Positions 19,032 to 28,317 of a DNA stretch of 64,000 nt are shown here, one piece after another. The notes below the pieces were generated by a model. That model was not told where the DNA came from. It did not search any database and was given only the letters and a program-made list of their open reading frames with translations. The stretch lies in contig JAGWKL010000001.1 of the NCBI GenBank assembly GCA_028865345.1, positions 157,489 through 221,488 of the forward strand, read 5' to 3'. This DNA is from Candidatus Omnitrophota bacterium. GTDB lineage: Bacteria > Omnitrophota > Gorgyraeia > Zapsychrales > Fredricksoniimonadaceae. Both the position numbers and the translations under genes were made by a program. How positions within the stretch are numbered: the stretch's first letter is position 1; the number at the start of each line of letters is the position of its first letter.

Positions 19032-20359
19032 TCTTCCTCCTTAAAATTAACCAACTTTCTTAAACCCCCTTGGGCATGAAGCAGATCGATGTAGGCCATG
19101 ATCCATGCGGCCCGGGCCTCATGATCATCATCTTCAGCCAAAGCCAATTGTGCTTTGGCTTGCACCACCGCCAACACCGTCCCGCTGCCCACCTGCCGGG
19201 CCTGCAAGGCTATCAACAAAGACCGTTGGGCTGTCCGTCGCTGTTGAGCCTTTGCCTGCCTTAAGTCATCGGCCTCTTCAATGGCCGCACGGGCCTTGGC
19301 GATATTGACCTCCTGCTGCTGGGTGGCATCCTCAAGATTTTCCCGGGCCTCTTTGACCTGGGCCCTGGCTTCCTTTAACCGGGCTTGGGTTCTCCCGCCT
19401 TCCCAAATGGGGACAGAGACAGTCAAGCCAACATCGTAGGTATTGCTCCCGCGTTCGGGGGAAGCTCCCGCACGGCCGTATTCGGCGCTGCCTGATATTT
19501 TGGGCAAGAAATCCGCATAGGCGGTTTTCTGGTCGGCCTTAAGCGACTCAAGCTGCCAGGTAGCCATGACCACATCGGCATTCGCCCGGGCCCCGGAATT
19601 GCCCTGTGCGTTTTTTTCCATGGCCTTTAAAAAATCGTTATCGTCGACGAATACCAAAGCTCTGCCCAACGGTATTTGCAGGGCCGCCTCCAGGTCCAGA
19701 CAGGCATCTTGCGCCTGCTGCCCGGCCTGGGCCAATAAATATTGAGTTTGCTCTAAATCTGATCTGTCCTTACTGGTATCCAGCTGCGTTCCTGTGCCCT
19801 GGCTGAGACTCTCCTGGCTTAACCCATAGGCCATGCGGTCCCTTGCCAAAAGGGCTTGCAGGAGCTTGACGGTCTGCTGCTTGCGTTGGGCATCAATAAA
19901 CAGGTCCGCTACCAGGGCCAAAACATCCTCACGTGTTTTTCCCGATTCTGCTTCGGAGAGCTTTTCTCCCTTTCGGGCCGCTTGAAATCTTGCAAGAGCG
20001 GAAAAATCGAAAATCGCCATGGTCACACGGGGCCTGGCATCAAAATTGTTATATGGCCCTACGTGGGGGTGCAAACCGGGGAGGGATAAGCCTTCCGAGC
20101 GCAAGTCCGCGGTCTGGCGTCCGCCGCTGACCGTGCCGTCAAAGTGCGGCAGTAAATCCGCCTGCGACTCAGCAATGCGGGCAATGGCCTGCTCAACGCG
20201 GGCATTGGCCATCAGCACCTGCAGATTGATGGTATCCGCGCTTTGCAAAGCTTTTTCCAAGGTCAACCGGAGAGGGGCCGCAGGGCCCTGCCGGGCCATC
20301 AGGGGCCCGGCGAAGCATCCGGACAAAAAAACCAAAGTAAAAATTTTGGTCTTATTCAT
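19028..20359 (-). CDS. TolC-family outer-membrane efflux protein
   Basis: 443 aa with a signal peptide and two repeated coiled-coil / beta-barrel TolC halves. It is the first gene of the four-gene exporter operon. Confidence 0.8.
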   Translation of the reverse strand: MNKTKIFTLVFLSGCFAGPLMARQGPAAPLRLTLEKALQSADTINLQVLMANARVEQAIARIAESQADLLPHFDGTVSGGRQTADLRSEGLSLPGLHPHVGPYNNFDARPRVTMAIFDFSALARFQAARKGEKLSEAESGKTREDVLALVADLFIDAQRKQQTVKLLQALLARDRMAYGLSQESLSQGTGTQLDTSKDRSDLEQTQYLLAQAGQQAQDACLDLEAALQIPLGRALVFVDDNDFLKAMEKNAQGNSGARANADVVMATWQLESLKADQKTAYADFLPKISGSAEYGRAGASPERGSNTYDVGLTVSVPIWEGGRTQARLKEARAQVKEARENLEDATQQQEVNIAKARAAIEEADDLRQAKAQQRRTAQRSLLIALQARQVGSGTVLAVVQAKAQLALAEDDDHEARAAWIMAYIDLLHAQGGLRKLVNFKEEE

Positions 20360-20433
20360 GGATTTTATTCTAATCTTTTAAACAGTACAATTCAACCAAC
20401 CCGGTCAGAAGTTTTTCTTTGGGAATTACGGCC

Positions 20434-20761
20434 CTACCTTGCGATCCCGACTGTTTCCTGGAAATATTTTTTAAATTCAACAGCGTCAAGCATAAATTCC
20501 GCGACAGCCTTACGTGAAAGAGAAAGTCCGCCCCGGGGAAGGCCCTCCTCTTGACTGCGGTACTTGGTCATGGCCCCGCAGGCAATGGATCAATTGCCCT
20601 TCATCCGTAAGGTCCCCTTTTTCGACCCTAAGCCTTTTATGCCGCTCAAAGGCCTTCTCAGGAGAGCGTACGAACGCGGTGACGTGGTTCCCTCTTTCTA
20701 ATCCCTGCAAAACGACTTCGCGGCCGGTGCGGCCGGTGGCGCCGATAACCAATAGTTTCAT
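20434..20761 (-). pseudogene. remnant of an NmrA-like / NAD(P)H-binding SDR-family gene with an internal deletion and frameshift
   Basis: The 83-aa ORF begins with a Rossmann motif MKLLVIGATGRTGREVVLQGLERGNHVTAFVRSPEK... and degenerates after GHD. The conserved C-terminus ...EEGLPRGGLSLSRKAVAEFMLDAVEFKKYFQETVGIAR* is read in a different frame, ending at 20434. The whole remnant spans about 330 nt, against about 630 nt expected. Confidence 0.55.
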
Positions 20762-20780
20762 GGCTGCCTCCTGTCCTGAA

Positions 20781-21332
20781 TTACTTCTTGCCGCCGACTG
20801 CGCAAAGCATGTCCGAATGGATGTTAAGCCCGATGTTGGTCATATTGTAAAGGTGTTCACTGGCCACCAGCCAGACGATCTCGCAGATCTGGCGTTCGGA
20901 ATAATGTCGGGCCATGCGCGCAAATACCTCCGGGGCCGCTTTTTTATCCATGGTCAAGCGGGTCGCATAGTCCAGGGCCGAACGTTCGGCATCGGAAAAG
21001 AGAACGCTTGTGGCATACTGGTCCAAAGCATCGAATTTGGCCCGGTCCATCGAAGTCTGGATCACGAACGACCGGGCTATGTCGACGCAAAAAGAACAGA
21101 CATTCATGCGTGCCACCTGGGTACGGATGAGCATGGCCGTCTCCGGCGGTAGTGACAATTGCTTATCCAACTCGCTGATCTTGGAGTAGAAAAGGCCGAA
21201 AGCCGGCGGCAGGCGCGCGCTGAACACCATAAGCGGGGTGAGCACCTTGCCGAACCGTTTACGCGTGAAATGATAGGCCAGCTTCAACATCAGGCCCGGG
21301 GGATTTTCGACAGGGGGAAGAAATGCTTGCAT
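20781..21332 (-). CDS. carboxymuconolactone decarboxylase (CMD / AhpD-like) family protein
   Basis: 183 aa, soluble. The CxxC-type region (VCSFCVDIA) and its length fit the AhpD/CMD superfamily. Confidence 0.6.
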   Translation of the reverse strand: MQAFLPPVENPPGLMLKLAYHFTRKRFGKVLTPLMVFSARLPPAFGLFYSKISELDKQLSLPPETAMLIRTQVARMNVCSFCVDIARSFVIQTSMDRAKFDALDQYATSVLFSDAERSALDYATRLTMDKKAAPEVFARMARHYSERQICEIVWLVASEHLYNMTNIGLNIHSDMLCAVGGKK

Positions 21333-21374
21333 ATAACCATCTCCTTGCTTGTATCATTAGTTACATATATGAAC

Positions 21375-21391
21375 AATTCACTATGTGAATT
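21375..21391. promoter_or_regulatory. perfect palindrome in the divergent MarR/CMD promoter region (candidate MarR operator)
   Basis: AATTCACtatGTGAATT at 21375-21391, within the 111-nt divergent intergenic region. Confidence 0.45.
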
Positions 21392-21443
21392 ATACATCGA
21401 TAAATCCTATGCGCAAAGTGTATTTTTATGGTATGATGAATCC

Positions 21444-21944
21444 ATGCCGCTTCATAGCAACCTGAAAAATGACCTGAAAGGCCGGGGACAAATCGCTTTT
21501 CTTCTGTCCCAAATCGGCGCCCATGTGGCGTATAAATTCGCGGAAAAAATCCGGCCGCTGGGCCTTTCCCCGGCCCACGGGGGGATCATCAGGTTCTTGG
21601 GCCGATCCGGCGGCATCAGCCAGAAAAAACTCTGTACAGGGCTTGCCATTCTTCCCAGCCGCCTGGTCGTGTTGATGGATGAACTCGAAGAAAAAAAGAT
21701 TGTAGAGAGGCGTAAAGACCCGAAGGACCGGAGAAACTATGCCCTTTATTTGACCAAAAAAGGCGCGCATCTGCTGGGCGGGTTGAAAAAAATCGCCGGT
21801 GAGCATGGCGATCAGGTGTGCAAAGGTCTCAAGAAATCAGAACAAAAAATATTGGGAGAGATCCTTTCCAAAATTATCGAAGCCCAAGGCCTTACGCCGG
21901 GTATCCATCCTGGGTTTAAACGCCTGGGAAAGCCCGAATGTTGA
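21444..21944 (+). CDS. MarR-family transcriptional regulator
   Basis: The 167-aa product starts at the ATG at 21444; the ORF-track start at 21159 lies inside the divergent gene. The MarR winged-helix is recognisable (LSPAHGGIIRFLGRSGGISQKKLCTGLAILPSRLVVLMDELEEKKIVERRKDPKDRR). Confidence 0.8.
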   Translation: MPLHSNLKNDLKGRGQIAFLLSQIGAHVAYKFAEKIRPLGLSPAHGGIIRFLGRSGGISQKKLCTGLAILPSRLVVLMDELEEKKIVERRKDPKDRRNYALYLTKKGAHLLGGLKKIAGEHGDQVCKGLKKSEQKILGEILSKIIEAQGLTPGIHPGFKRLGKPEC

Positions 21945-21965
21945 CAGGGCTCAGCGATCTAAGAT

Positions 21966-24773
21966 CTACAAGCTATTTCCTTCCATGTTGTTCTTGAGAA
22001 AGGCCAGGGCCTGTTCTTCCGGCATAGGCTTGCCGAAAAGGAACCCCTGGAAATAATCACATTGCTTGCGGGCCAGGTTCTTGAGTTGATGGTCATGCTC
22101 CACCCCTTCGGCGATCACGCCGAGGTTGAGGTGATGGGCAAGCTCAATAATGGTAGCTGTCATGGCCATCTCAACCCCTTCGTTCATCAGTTCTTTAATG
22201 AAAAACCGGTCGATCTTCAAGGTCGTGATGGGCAGGCGCTGAAGATGACTTAAAGAAGAATACCCCGTGCCAAAATCGTCCAGGGCGACCCTGACCCCCA
22301 TGTCCCTGATCTTTTGAAGGATCTCGATGGAAGCATCGAAAGAACCGATAAAGATGCTTTCCGTGACCTCGATTTCAAGAAACTCCGGCGGAAATCCCGA
22401 TTCCAGCAGGGCATTGCTGATAACAGGGATGATGGCGTCCGTCCTCAGCTGGACGACAGAAATATTGACGGACATGACGATCTCATCAAATCCCATAGTG
22501 TGCAATTTTTGACCCGTGCGGCAGGCCTCTTTCAAGACCCATTCCCCGATCGCCACGATCAATCCCGTCTCTTCGGCAATGCCGATAAAATCATTGGGGT
22601 ACACCAGGGTGCCGTCGGACTTAAACCATCGCAGCAGCACTTCGAAGCCCCTCACCGCCCCGTCCGCCACAGCGACGATCGGTTGATAATAAAGCTTGAA
22701 TTCGTTCTTGGCCAGGGCTCCTCTTAAGCCTCTTTCTATCTGCATCCTGGCCACGGCCCGGTCATTCATTGTCCCGTTAAAGAAACAAAAAGCGTTGCGG
22801 CCCGCGTCCTTGGCCGCATTCATGGCGGTGTCCGCGTTCTTCAAAAGCTCCTCCAGGTTATCGCCATCCTCAGGGAAGGTGGCTATACCGACGGAAGCCG
22901 TAATAAAGAGGTCGTGGTCCAATATCATGCGCGAACAATTCATTTTTTCGCGGATCCGCTCGGCGATGTGCTGGGAGCTCTGGGCATCTTCAAGGCCGTT
23001 TAGAAATACGATAAACTTGTCCGCCCCGAGGCGGGCGATGGTGTCCACCTCGCGGACGCACTCCGCAAGCCTGACAGCCGTGTCCTTGAGCAATTCGTCC
23101 CCCACCGAATGCCCCAAGGTGTCATTCACATTCTTAAAATGGTCAAGGTCGACAAAAAGGATGGCGCAGGAAATGTTGCCGCGCCTGGCGTGGGAAAGCC
23201 CCAGGTTGGCCCGTTCAAAAAACAGCGTGCGGTTGGGGAAGGTGGTCACCGCATCATAATAGGAAAGGGTCCAAAATTTATTTTCGAGCTGTTTATGCTC
23301 AGTGACATCTTCCGCGGAACCTAAAATCTGCCAGGGCTTCCCCGAAGGGGTGCGCGAAAACACCACATCGCGGCTCCTGAGCCAATGCCAGGCACCCTGC
23401 GCATCCTTCATCCGGTATTCGATCTCGCGGACCCTCCCGTCCTGGGCCAGCAGTTGATGGTGTTCCATAACGGCGGCATAATCATCGGGGTGCAAAATAT
23501 TGTCAAAAAGCTCTTTTTCCATTTCTTCGATCGCCTGCTGGGTATATCCCAGCAAATCGGTGAGGCCCCGGTTGCAATAAATGTTTTTCTTCTCAAGGAG
23601 ATCGTAAACATAAATCAAACTGGGAGTGGCGTTCAAAACACTTTCGATGAAATGCCTGCCTTGGGCAAGGGCCTCCTGCGCCTGTTGATATTCCGTAATA
23701 TCGACGGCGACCCCCAAAACGCAGGGGGAGTCGATCCCTGAAGCCGTAAACGGGACCTTGGTGGTCGCCAAAAACCTCGTCCGGCCCTCGGTATCGGTAA
23801 TGGGTTCCAGCGGAATGAATTTGGATTTCCCGGAGCGCATGACTTCCAGGTCGTCTTTAAGAAAATGCCGGACCTGTGTCCTGGATTTGATGAAATCCTC
23901 GTCTTTTTTGCCGACCAGGCCTTCCACCGTGGTCCCGTAAGCATCGGCAATGGCTTTATTGCCCAGGACAAAGCGGCCCTCGATGTTCTTGGCAAAAATA
24001 AAATGAGGGACAAGGTCGATGATCTGCCGAAGGCGCTGTTCATTGAGCTCGATGGTCTTGGCATCCTTTCTACGGTCGGTGATATCGAGAAGGGAAACCA
24101 GGACTCTGGAAAGGTCTTCTTCATGGCCGGGCATGACAGTCATCCGGAGGATAAATTCCCTGGGCTCACCGCTGATCGAAGCTATTGAACGCTCGCCATC
24201 CCAATGGGTGGTGCCGTTGGCCAAGGCAATCAGCTGCTCTTTAAACGATTCATAAGAGGTTTCAGTAAAATAACAATCCAACGTTTTACTCATTTCGTCC
24301 TTACTTTTACGGTCTGTCAGACGTAAGGCCTCTTGGTTGCAGTCCCTTATTGTCACCCATGATGCACATTGCCTGACCGCTTGGGGGTTTTTCTGGAAAT
24401 ATTCTCTCCAATCGATGTCGCCAATCTCCCTCTGCCGGTCAAAGAACTCTTTGACCTTTGAAAAATCCTCTTCTACGATCGATACGGCGGCATTATCGAA
24501 AAGGTGGCGGTACTTGCGTTCGCTGTCCCTCAGCCTGTAGGTGGCTGTACGGAATAACAGGTATAAAATGACCGAAGTGACTAATACGTACAGGAGGGCC
24601 TTTAAGTCTTCGGCCCCTTTAAAAGAACTGCTGTCCTTAAACAAAAGGGCCAGGATGTTATTGGAAGTATATATCCATAAAAGGGTAAGGATGGCATAAG
24701 GAAAAATGATCTTGATGGGGACCAACCGCGAACCGGCTTGACGAGCATCTTCTGTCTTCATCCACATAGGCAT
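21966..24773 (-). CDS. membrane-anchored multi-PAS sensor with a degenerate GGDEF domain and an EAL phosphodiesterase domain
   Basis: 935 aa with N-terminal TM helices and several PAS/PAC modules. The GGDEF domain has a degenerate GG(D/E)EF position (RLGADKF). The EAL domain has FEVLLRW, DDFGTGYSS, AEGVE and QGFLFGKP. Confidence 0.8.
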   Translation of the reverse strand: MPMWMKTEDARQAGSRLVPIKIIFPYAILTLLWIYTSNNILALLFKDSSSFKGAEDLKALLYVLVTSVILYLLFRTATYRLRDSERKYRHLFDNAAVSIVEEDFSKVKEFFDRQREIGDIDWREYFQKNPQAVRQCASWVTIRDCNQEALRLTDRKSKDEMSKTLDCYFTETSYESFKEQLIALANGTTHWDGERSIASISGEPREFILRMTVMPGHEEDLSRVLVSLLDITDRRKDAKTIELNEQRLRQIIDLVPHFIFAKNIEGRFVLGNKAIADAYGTTVEGLVGKKDEDFIKSRTQVRHFLKDDLEVMRSGKSKFIPLEPITDTEGRTRFLATTKVPFTASGIDSPCVLGVAVDITEYQQAQEALAQGRHFIESVLNATPSLIYVYDLLEKKNIYCNRGLTDLLGYTQQAIEEMEKELFDNILHPDDYAAVMEHHQLLAQDGRVREIEYRMKDAQGAWHWLRSRDVVFSRTPSGKPWQILGSAEDVTEHKQLENKFWTLSYYDAVTTFPNRTLFFERANLGLSHARRGNISCAILFVDLDHFKNVNDTLGHSVGDELLKDTAVRLAECVREVDTIARLGADKFIVFLNGLEDAQSSQHIAERIREKMNCSRMILDHDLFITASVGIATFPEDGDNLEELLKNADTAMNAAKDAGRNAFCFFNGTMNDRAVARMQIERGLRGALAKNEFKLYYQPIVAVADGAVRGFEVLLRWFKSDGTLVYPNDFIGIAEETGLIVAIGEWVLKEACRTGQKLHTMGFDEIVMSVNISVVQLRTDAIIPVISNALLESGFPPEFLEIEVTESIFIGSFDASIEILQKIRDMGVRVALDDFGTGYSSLSHLQRLPITTLKIDRFFIKELMNEGVEMAMTATIIELAHHLNLGVIAEGVEHDHQLKNLARKQCDYFQGFLFGKPMPEEQALAFLKNNMEGNSL

Positions 24774-24902
24774 GCGCCGTTCTAAAGAACCACTTAAATA
24801 TCTCTTATGAAGTAATAAAGTATACCCTTTTCGTCGCTAAATGTCCAGCGGTCTGACATATTCCTATTGCCTGGCGGGGCAACCTGAGTTATGATTTGAA
24901 CC

Positions 24903-25946
24903 ATGCTCTGGCTTAGAAAGGTCACCTTCTATATTTTTGCCCTGATCTACCTTGTGCTATGCCCATTGATCGTGGCCCGCATGCTGGGCTTCGTCATCAA
25001 TCCGCTGACCCACCGGCTCGTGAAAACCGGCCTCATCTATGTGTCCACAAACCCGCCCGGCGCCGCCGTTTATGCCGATGGGCGCAGGGCCCGCCAAAGA
25101 ACACCGATGGCCCTGAGAGACCTGACCCCGGGAGAGCATTTTATCCGCCTCGAGCTGGCCGGTTATAATGATTGGAAACGGCACATTCCCGTCAAGGGCA
25201 ACAAAGCAACAGTCGCCTCCGGCATCCTGCTTATACCGCAGGAATGGTCCATTCAAACGATCTCAGAAGGGCCTTATCAAAACATCTTTCCGACCGGCCG
25301 GGACATTCTGGTTGCCGCCAATCCCCTTCTGAAAGATATCAGTATAATTTATACCGCCCCAAGCCTTCAGGGGACGCCTCTATTTCTTGCCCATTCTATT
25401 TACGCCGGCGGAAAGCTGGTATGCTTGTATAATGCGCCCCCCAGCCCGTTTATCCTGTTACAGGCGGACATCAAAGACAAATCCAAATTTTTATGGATCA
25501 ACCTGAATGAAAAGCCGCCGGTTATTGAAGACGTAAGCGATCTTTTCCCTGAAATCCCGAGTCGGGTTTCCTGGAACAACGCCGATGATGCCGACCTCTT
25601 TGCCTTTTACCCTTCCTCCATTTACCGTATTAACGTTAATGCCAAAGCCATTTATCCTCAAGACCCCCAAGACCTGCCTGAAAAAATCAACCAACGTCCC
25701 GTTGAAACCCAGCAGGAGGCGTTCCTGATCAATAACAACCATGACCTGATCGTTCGACGGGGCCGTTGGATACGGCTTTACCCCCAAAACGATTTCGGCG
25801 GCTCTCACGTGTATGCGATCGCCCAATCCAAACCGTCGACCAACATATATTTCGAAAGTAAAACCGGAGAATTGTTCTATTTGGATGAAACGGGGCGCTT
25901 ATGCGCTGTGCAGATTTTACCTCATCATTTCAATCAAGGAGGATAG
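24903..25946 (+). CDS. membrane-anchored PEGA-domain protein
   Basis: 347 aa with an N-terminal TM helix. The PEGA-domain pattern is VSTNPPGAAVYADGRRARQRTPMALRDLTPGEHFIRLELAGYNDWKRHIPV. Confidence 0.55.
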   Translation: MLWLRKVTFYIFALIYLVLCPLIVARMLGFVINPLTHRLVKTGLIYVSTNPPGAAVYADGRRARQRTPMALRDLTPGEHFIRLELAGYNDWKRHIPVKGNKATVASGILLIPQEWSIQTISEGPYQNIFPTGRDILVAANPLLKDISIIYTAPSLQGTPLFLAHSIYAGGKLVCLYNAPPSPFILLQADIKDKSKFLWINLNEKPPVIEDVSDLFPEIPSRVSWNNADDADLFAFYPSSIYRINVNAKAIYPQDPQDLPEKINQRPVETQQEAFLINNNHDLIVRRGRWIRLYPQNDFGGSHVYAIAQSKPSTNIYFESKTGELFYLDETGRLCAVQILPHHFNQGG

Positions 25947-26030
25947 TGTCCGCCTGCCCCCGGCAGCTTATATATCAACAGCCAGGCTTCCTTCAGCGGC
26001 AGCGGGGAAGATAACGGACAGAAAAATAAT

Positions 26031-27677
26031 ATGAAATTTCATTATTCCAAAGAGAACCTGAATCGGCACGAAGCAAAACTGCAAAGGTTCCTGGAGATAT
26101 TGCCGGGCGCCGCCAGCTGGACGACCCTGCTGGGGCTGGTTTTTCTCTCCATCAGTTTCCCCTTTACGGCGGCTTGCCTGATCGTGGCTTTTTACCTGTC
26201 CTGGATCTTAAGGCTTTTGTATTCCACCATTTTCCTGGTGCTTTCCTACACCCTGCTCAACATCGAGAAGGATACCGATTGGATGCGGCGCATCCATGGC
26301 ATTGACAACCTGTCTGCTTATCTGAGAGGAATTTCCACCCGGAAATTCGGGTCTCACTGGCAAAAACAACTGTCTCATAAAATCCACCTGCGCCAATTGG
26401 ACCGGCTGCTGATGAGCAAGAACATGCCGCCCCAATCCGGCGACATTCACCATCTGGTCATCTTCCCGGTCATCAAGGAAGGCCTTGACATCCTGGGACC
26501 TGCCATAGACGCCGTCAGCCTCCAGCACTTTCCCCTCAAACGGATGGTCGTTGTCCTGGCCCTGGAAGAACGCGCCAGCCCGACGGTCCAGGCCGCGGTG
26601 TACGAACTGGAGAAAAAATATAAAAATGTCTTCCTGGATTGTGTCACCGTCGTGCACCCCGCCGCTGTCCCGGGCGAAGCCAGGGTCAAGGGGGCCAACA
26701 TCACCTGCGCGGCCAAACAGGCCGCAAGGTTCTTCGATGAGCGCCGGATTCCTTTTGAGAACGTGATCGTCTCCTGTTTTGACGCGGACACCGTCGTAAG
26801 CCCCAATTATTTCGTCTGCCTGACCTATCACTTCATGGTCTGCCCAGAGCGTTTGCGCGCCAGCTTCCAGCCCATCCCGGTCTACCACAACAATATATGG
26901 AACGTGCCCGGCTTTGCCCGGGTGGTGGAAACGGGCTCCTCATTTTATCAATTGATCGAATCTACTAATCCTGAAAAATTAGTCACCTTCTCCAGCCACA
27001 GCATGAGCTTCGAAGCTTTGGTCGACGTGGATTACTGGCCAGTGGACATGATCTCCGACGATTCGGCTATTTTCTGGAAAGCCTACATCCACTACGACGG
27101 GCAATACCGGGTGGTTCCCATGTACGTGACCTTGTCCATGGATGTGGCCTCTTCGGACAACTGGTGGAAAACGATGAAGAGCATCTATAAACAGAAGCAG
27201 CGCTGGGCCTGGGGGGTGGAAAATTTCCCCATCGTCACGCGGGCCTTCCTGAAATCAAAGAAAATACCCCTCTATGACAGGCTGCGCCTGGGTTTCAAAC
27301 TTTTTGAAGGGCACATGTCCTGGTCCACTTCCGGCTTTATTCTCTCCTTCATCGGCTGGCTGCCTCTTGTTTTTGCCCGCCGTGAATTTGCCTCGTCGGT
27401 GGCTTATTATAACGTGCCTGATATTACCACCACGATCTTTTCCCTGGCTTTTTTTGCGATATGCGTCAGCATCATACTCTCTCTGTCTCTGTTGCCAAAA
27501 ACAAAAATACGCTACCGGTGGCTCATCAAATTAGGCCATGCTTTTGAATGGCTGATGGTGCCTTTCATCCTGCTTTTTTTCAGCGCCATGCCGGCCCTGC
27601 ACGCCCAGACGAGGCTGATGTTAGGCAAATACCTGGAATTTTGGGTGACGGACAAAAAAAGAATCCCCCGTCCATAA
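26031..27677 (+). CDS. processive GT2-family membrane glycosyltransferase (cellulose/hyaluronan-synthase-like)
   Basis: 548 aa. There are N-terminal TM helices and a GT-A core with the DxD motif CFDADTVV. The processive-GT2 motif is QKQRWAWG. Four or five C-terminal TM helices follow. Confidence 0.65.
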   Translation: MKFHYSKENLNRHEAKLQRFLEILPGAASWTTLLGLVFLSISFPFTAACLIVAFYLSWILRLLYSTIFLVLSYTLLNIEKDTDWMRRIHGIDNLSAYLRGISTRKFGSHWQKQLSHKIHLRQLDRLLMSKNMPPQSGDIHHLVIFPVIKEGLDILGPAIDAVSLQHFPLKRMVVVLALEERASPTVQAAVYELEKKYKNVFLDCVTVVHPAAVPGEARVKGANITCAAKQAARFFDERRIPFENVIVSCFDADTVVSPNYFVCLTYHFMVCPERLRASFQPIPVYHNNIWNVPGFARVVETGSSFYQLIESTNPEKLVTFSSHSMSFEALVDVDYWPVDMISDDSAIFWKAYIHYDGQYRVVPMYVTLSMDVASSDNWWKTMKSIYKQKQRWAWGVENFPIVTRAFLKSKKIPLYDRLRLGFKLFEGHMSWSTSGFILSFIGWLPLVFARREFASSVAYYNVPDITTTIFSLAFFAICVSIILSLSLLPKTKIRYRWLIKLGHAFEWLMVPFILLFFSAMPALHAQTRLMLGKYLEFWVTDKKRIPRP

Positions 27678-27723
27678 GTTTGACGAGAGATTCGGGAAGG
27701 AAGACAGCGACACTTTTCGGTTC

Positions 27724-28113
27724 CTAGGCCATCGTCACGGTCTTCTTGGGAGATACGTTTTTAAGCCAGTGCAAATTGATCCTCAATGTATGGCAATATG
27801 CCACCTGCATCAGACGGCGGCAGTGGTTCACGTACAGGACCCCCTTGACCCGGAAAAAGAATTTCTCATCGCGGGTGGCGCTGTCAAAAGATTTTTTGAT
27901 ATAGACCCGCGGGATGGATTGTTTTTCTTCACGTTGGACTTCGGCGGCCACATAAATGAAATTCTTGCGCACGTCCGTGACGCACTCTTTTTCCTCGGCA
28001 TGCTCGCGCAGGGTGATGACCTTGCCCCGGCCCTCCAAAATTGCGGTCGTTTTATGAAAAATATCGCGCATAGGCGATTCCTTTGTGCCTGATACCATTT
28101 CGTTAAAATCCAT
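27724..28113 (-). CDS. hypothetical small soluble protein (129 aa)
   Basis: Clean ORF convergent with the GT2 gene. No family was recognised with confidence. Confidence 0.3.
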   Translation of the reverse strand: MDFNEMVSGTKESPMRDIFHKTTAILEGRGKVITLREHAEEKECVTDVRKNFIYVAAEVQREEKQSIPRVYIKKSFDSATRDEKFFFRVKGVLYVNHCRRLMQVAYCHTLRINLHWLKNVSPKKTVTMA

Positions 28114-28295
28114 CTGAAAAGCTCCCTCAATCCCTGCTGTTTATGGCCTCTAAACGAAGTGTAGCATGTCCATTGATGAAAACAAGGCCCCGGAGCCTTC
28201 TTTAAGAAAGCGCTTTCCTGATTTGTTGCCGACGGGAAATAAAACGAGAAGTTTGTTGGATCAAGAAATTATCAAGAAAATAAGAACGGCGGAGC

Positions 28296-28315
28296 CAAAA
28301 GGCCTGATGCCCAGG
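28296..28315 (-). terminator. possible weak intrinsic terminator after plsY
   Basis: The minus-strand RNA would form CCUGACGccugggCAUCAGG followed by CCUUUUGG, immediately after the plsY stop. The stem has a mismatch and the U-run is short. Confidence 0.25.
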
Positions 28316-28317
28316 CG

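Noticed and set aside
20514-21152. 212-aa plus-strand ORF spanning the NmrA remnant and the CMD gene
   Set aside because: It overlaps two minus-strand features on the opposite strand. There is no RBS and the composition is unconvincing.
21159-21443. N-terminal extension of the MarR ORF back to 21159
   Set aside because: The extension runs through the divergent promoter and into the CMD gene on the other strand. The MarR fold begins at the ATG at 21444.
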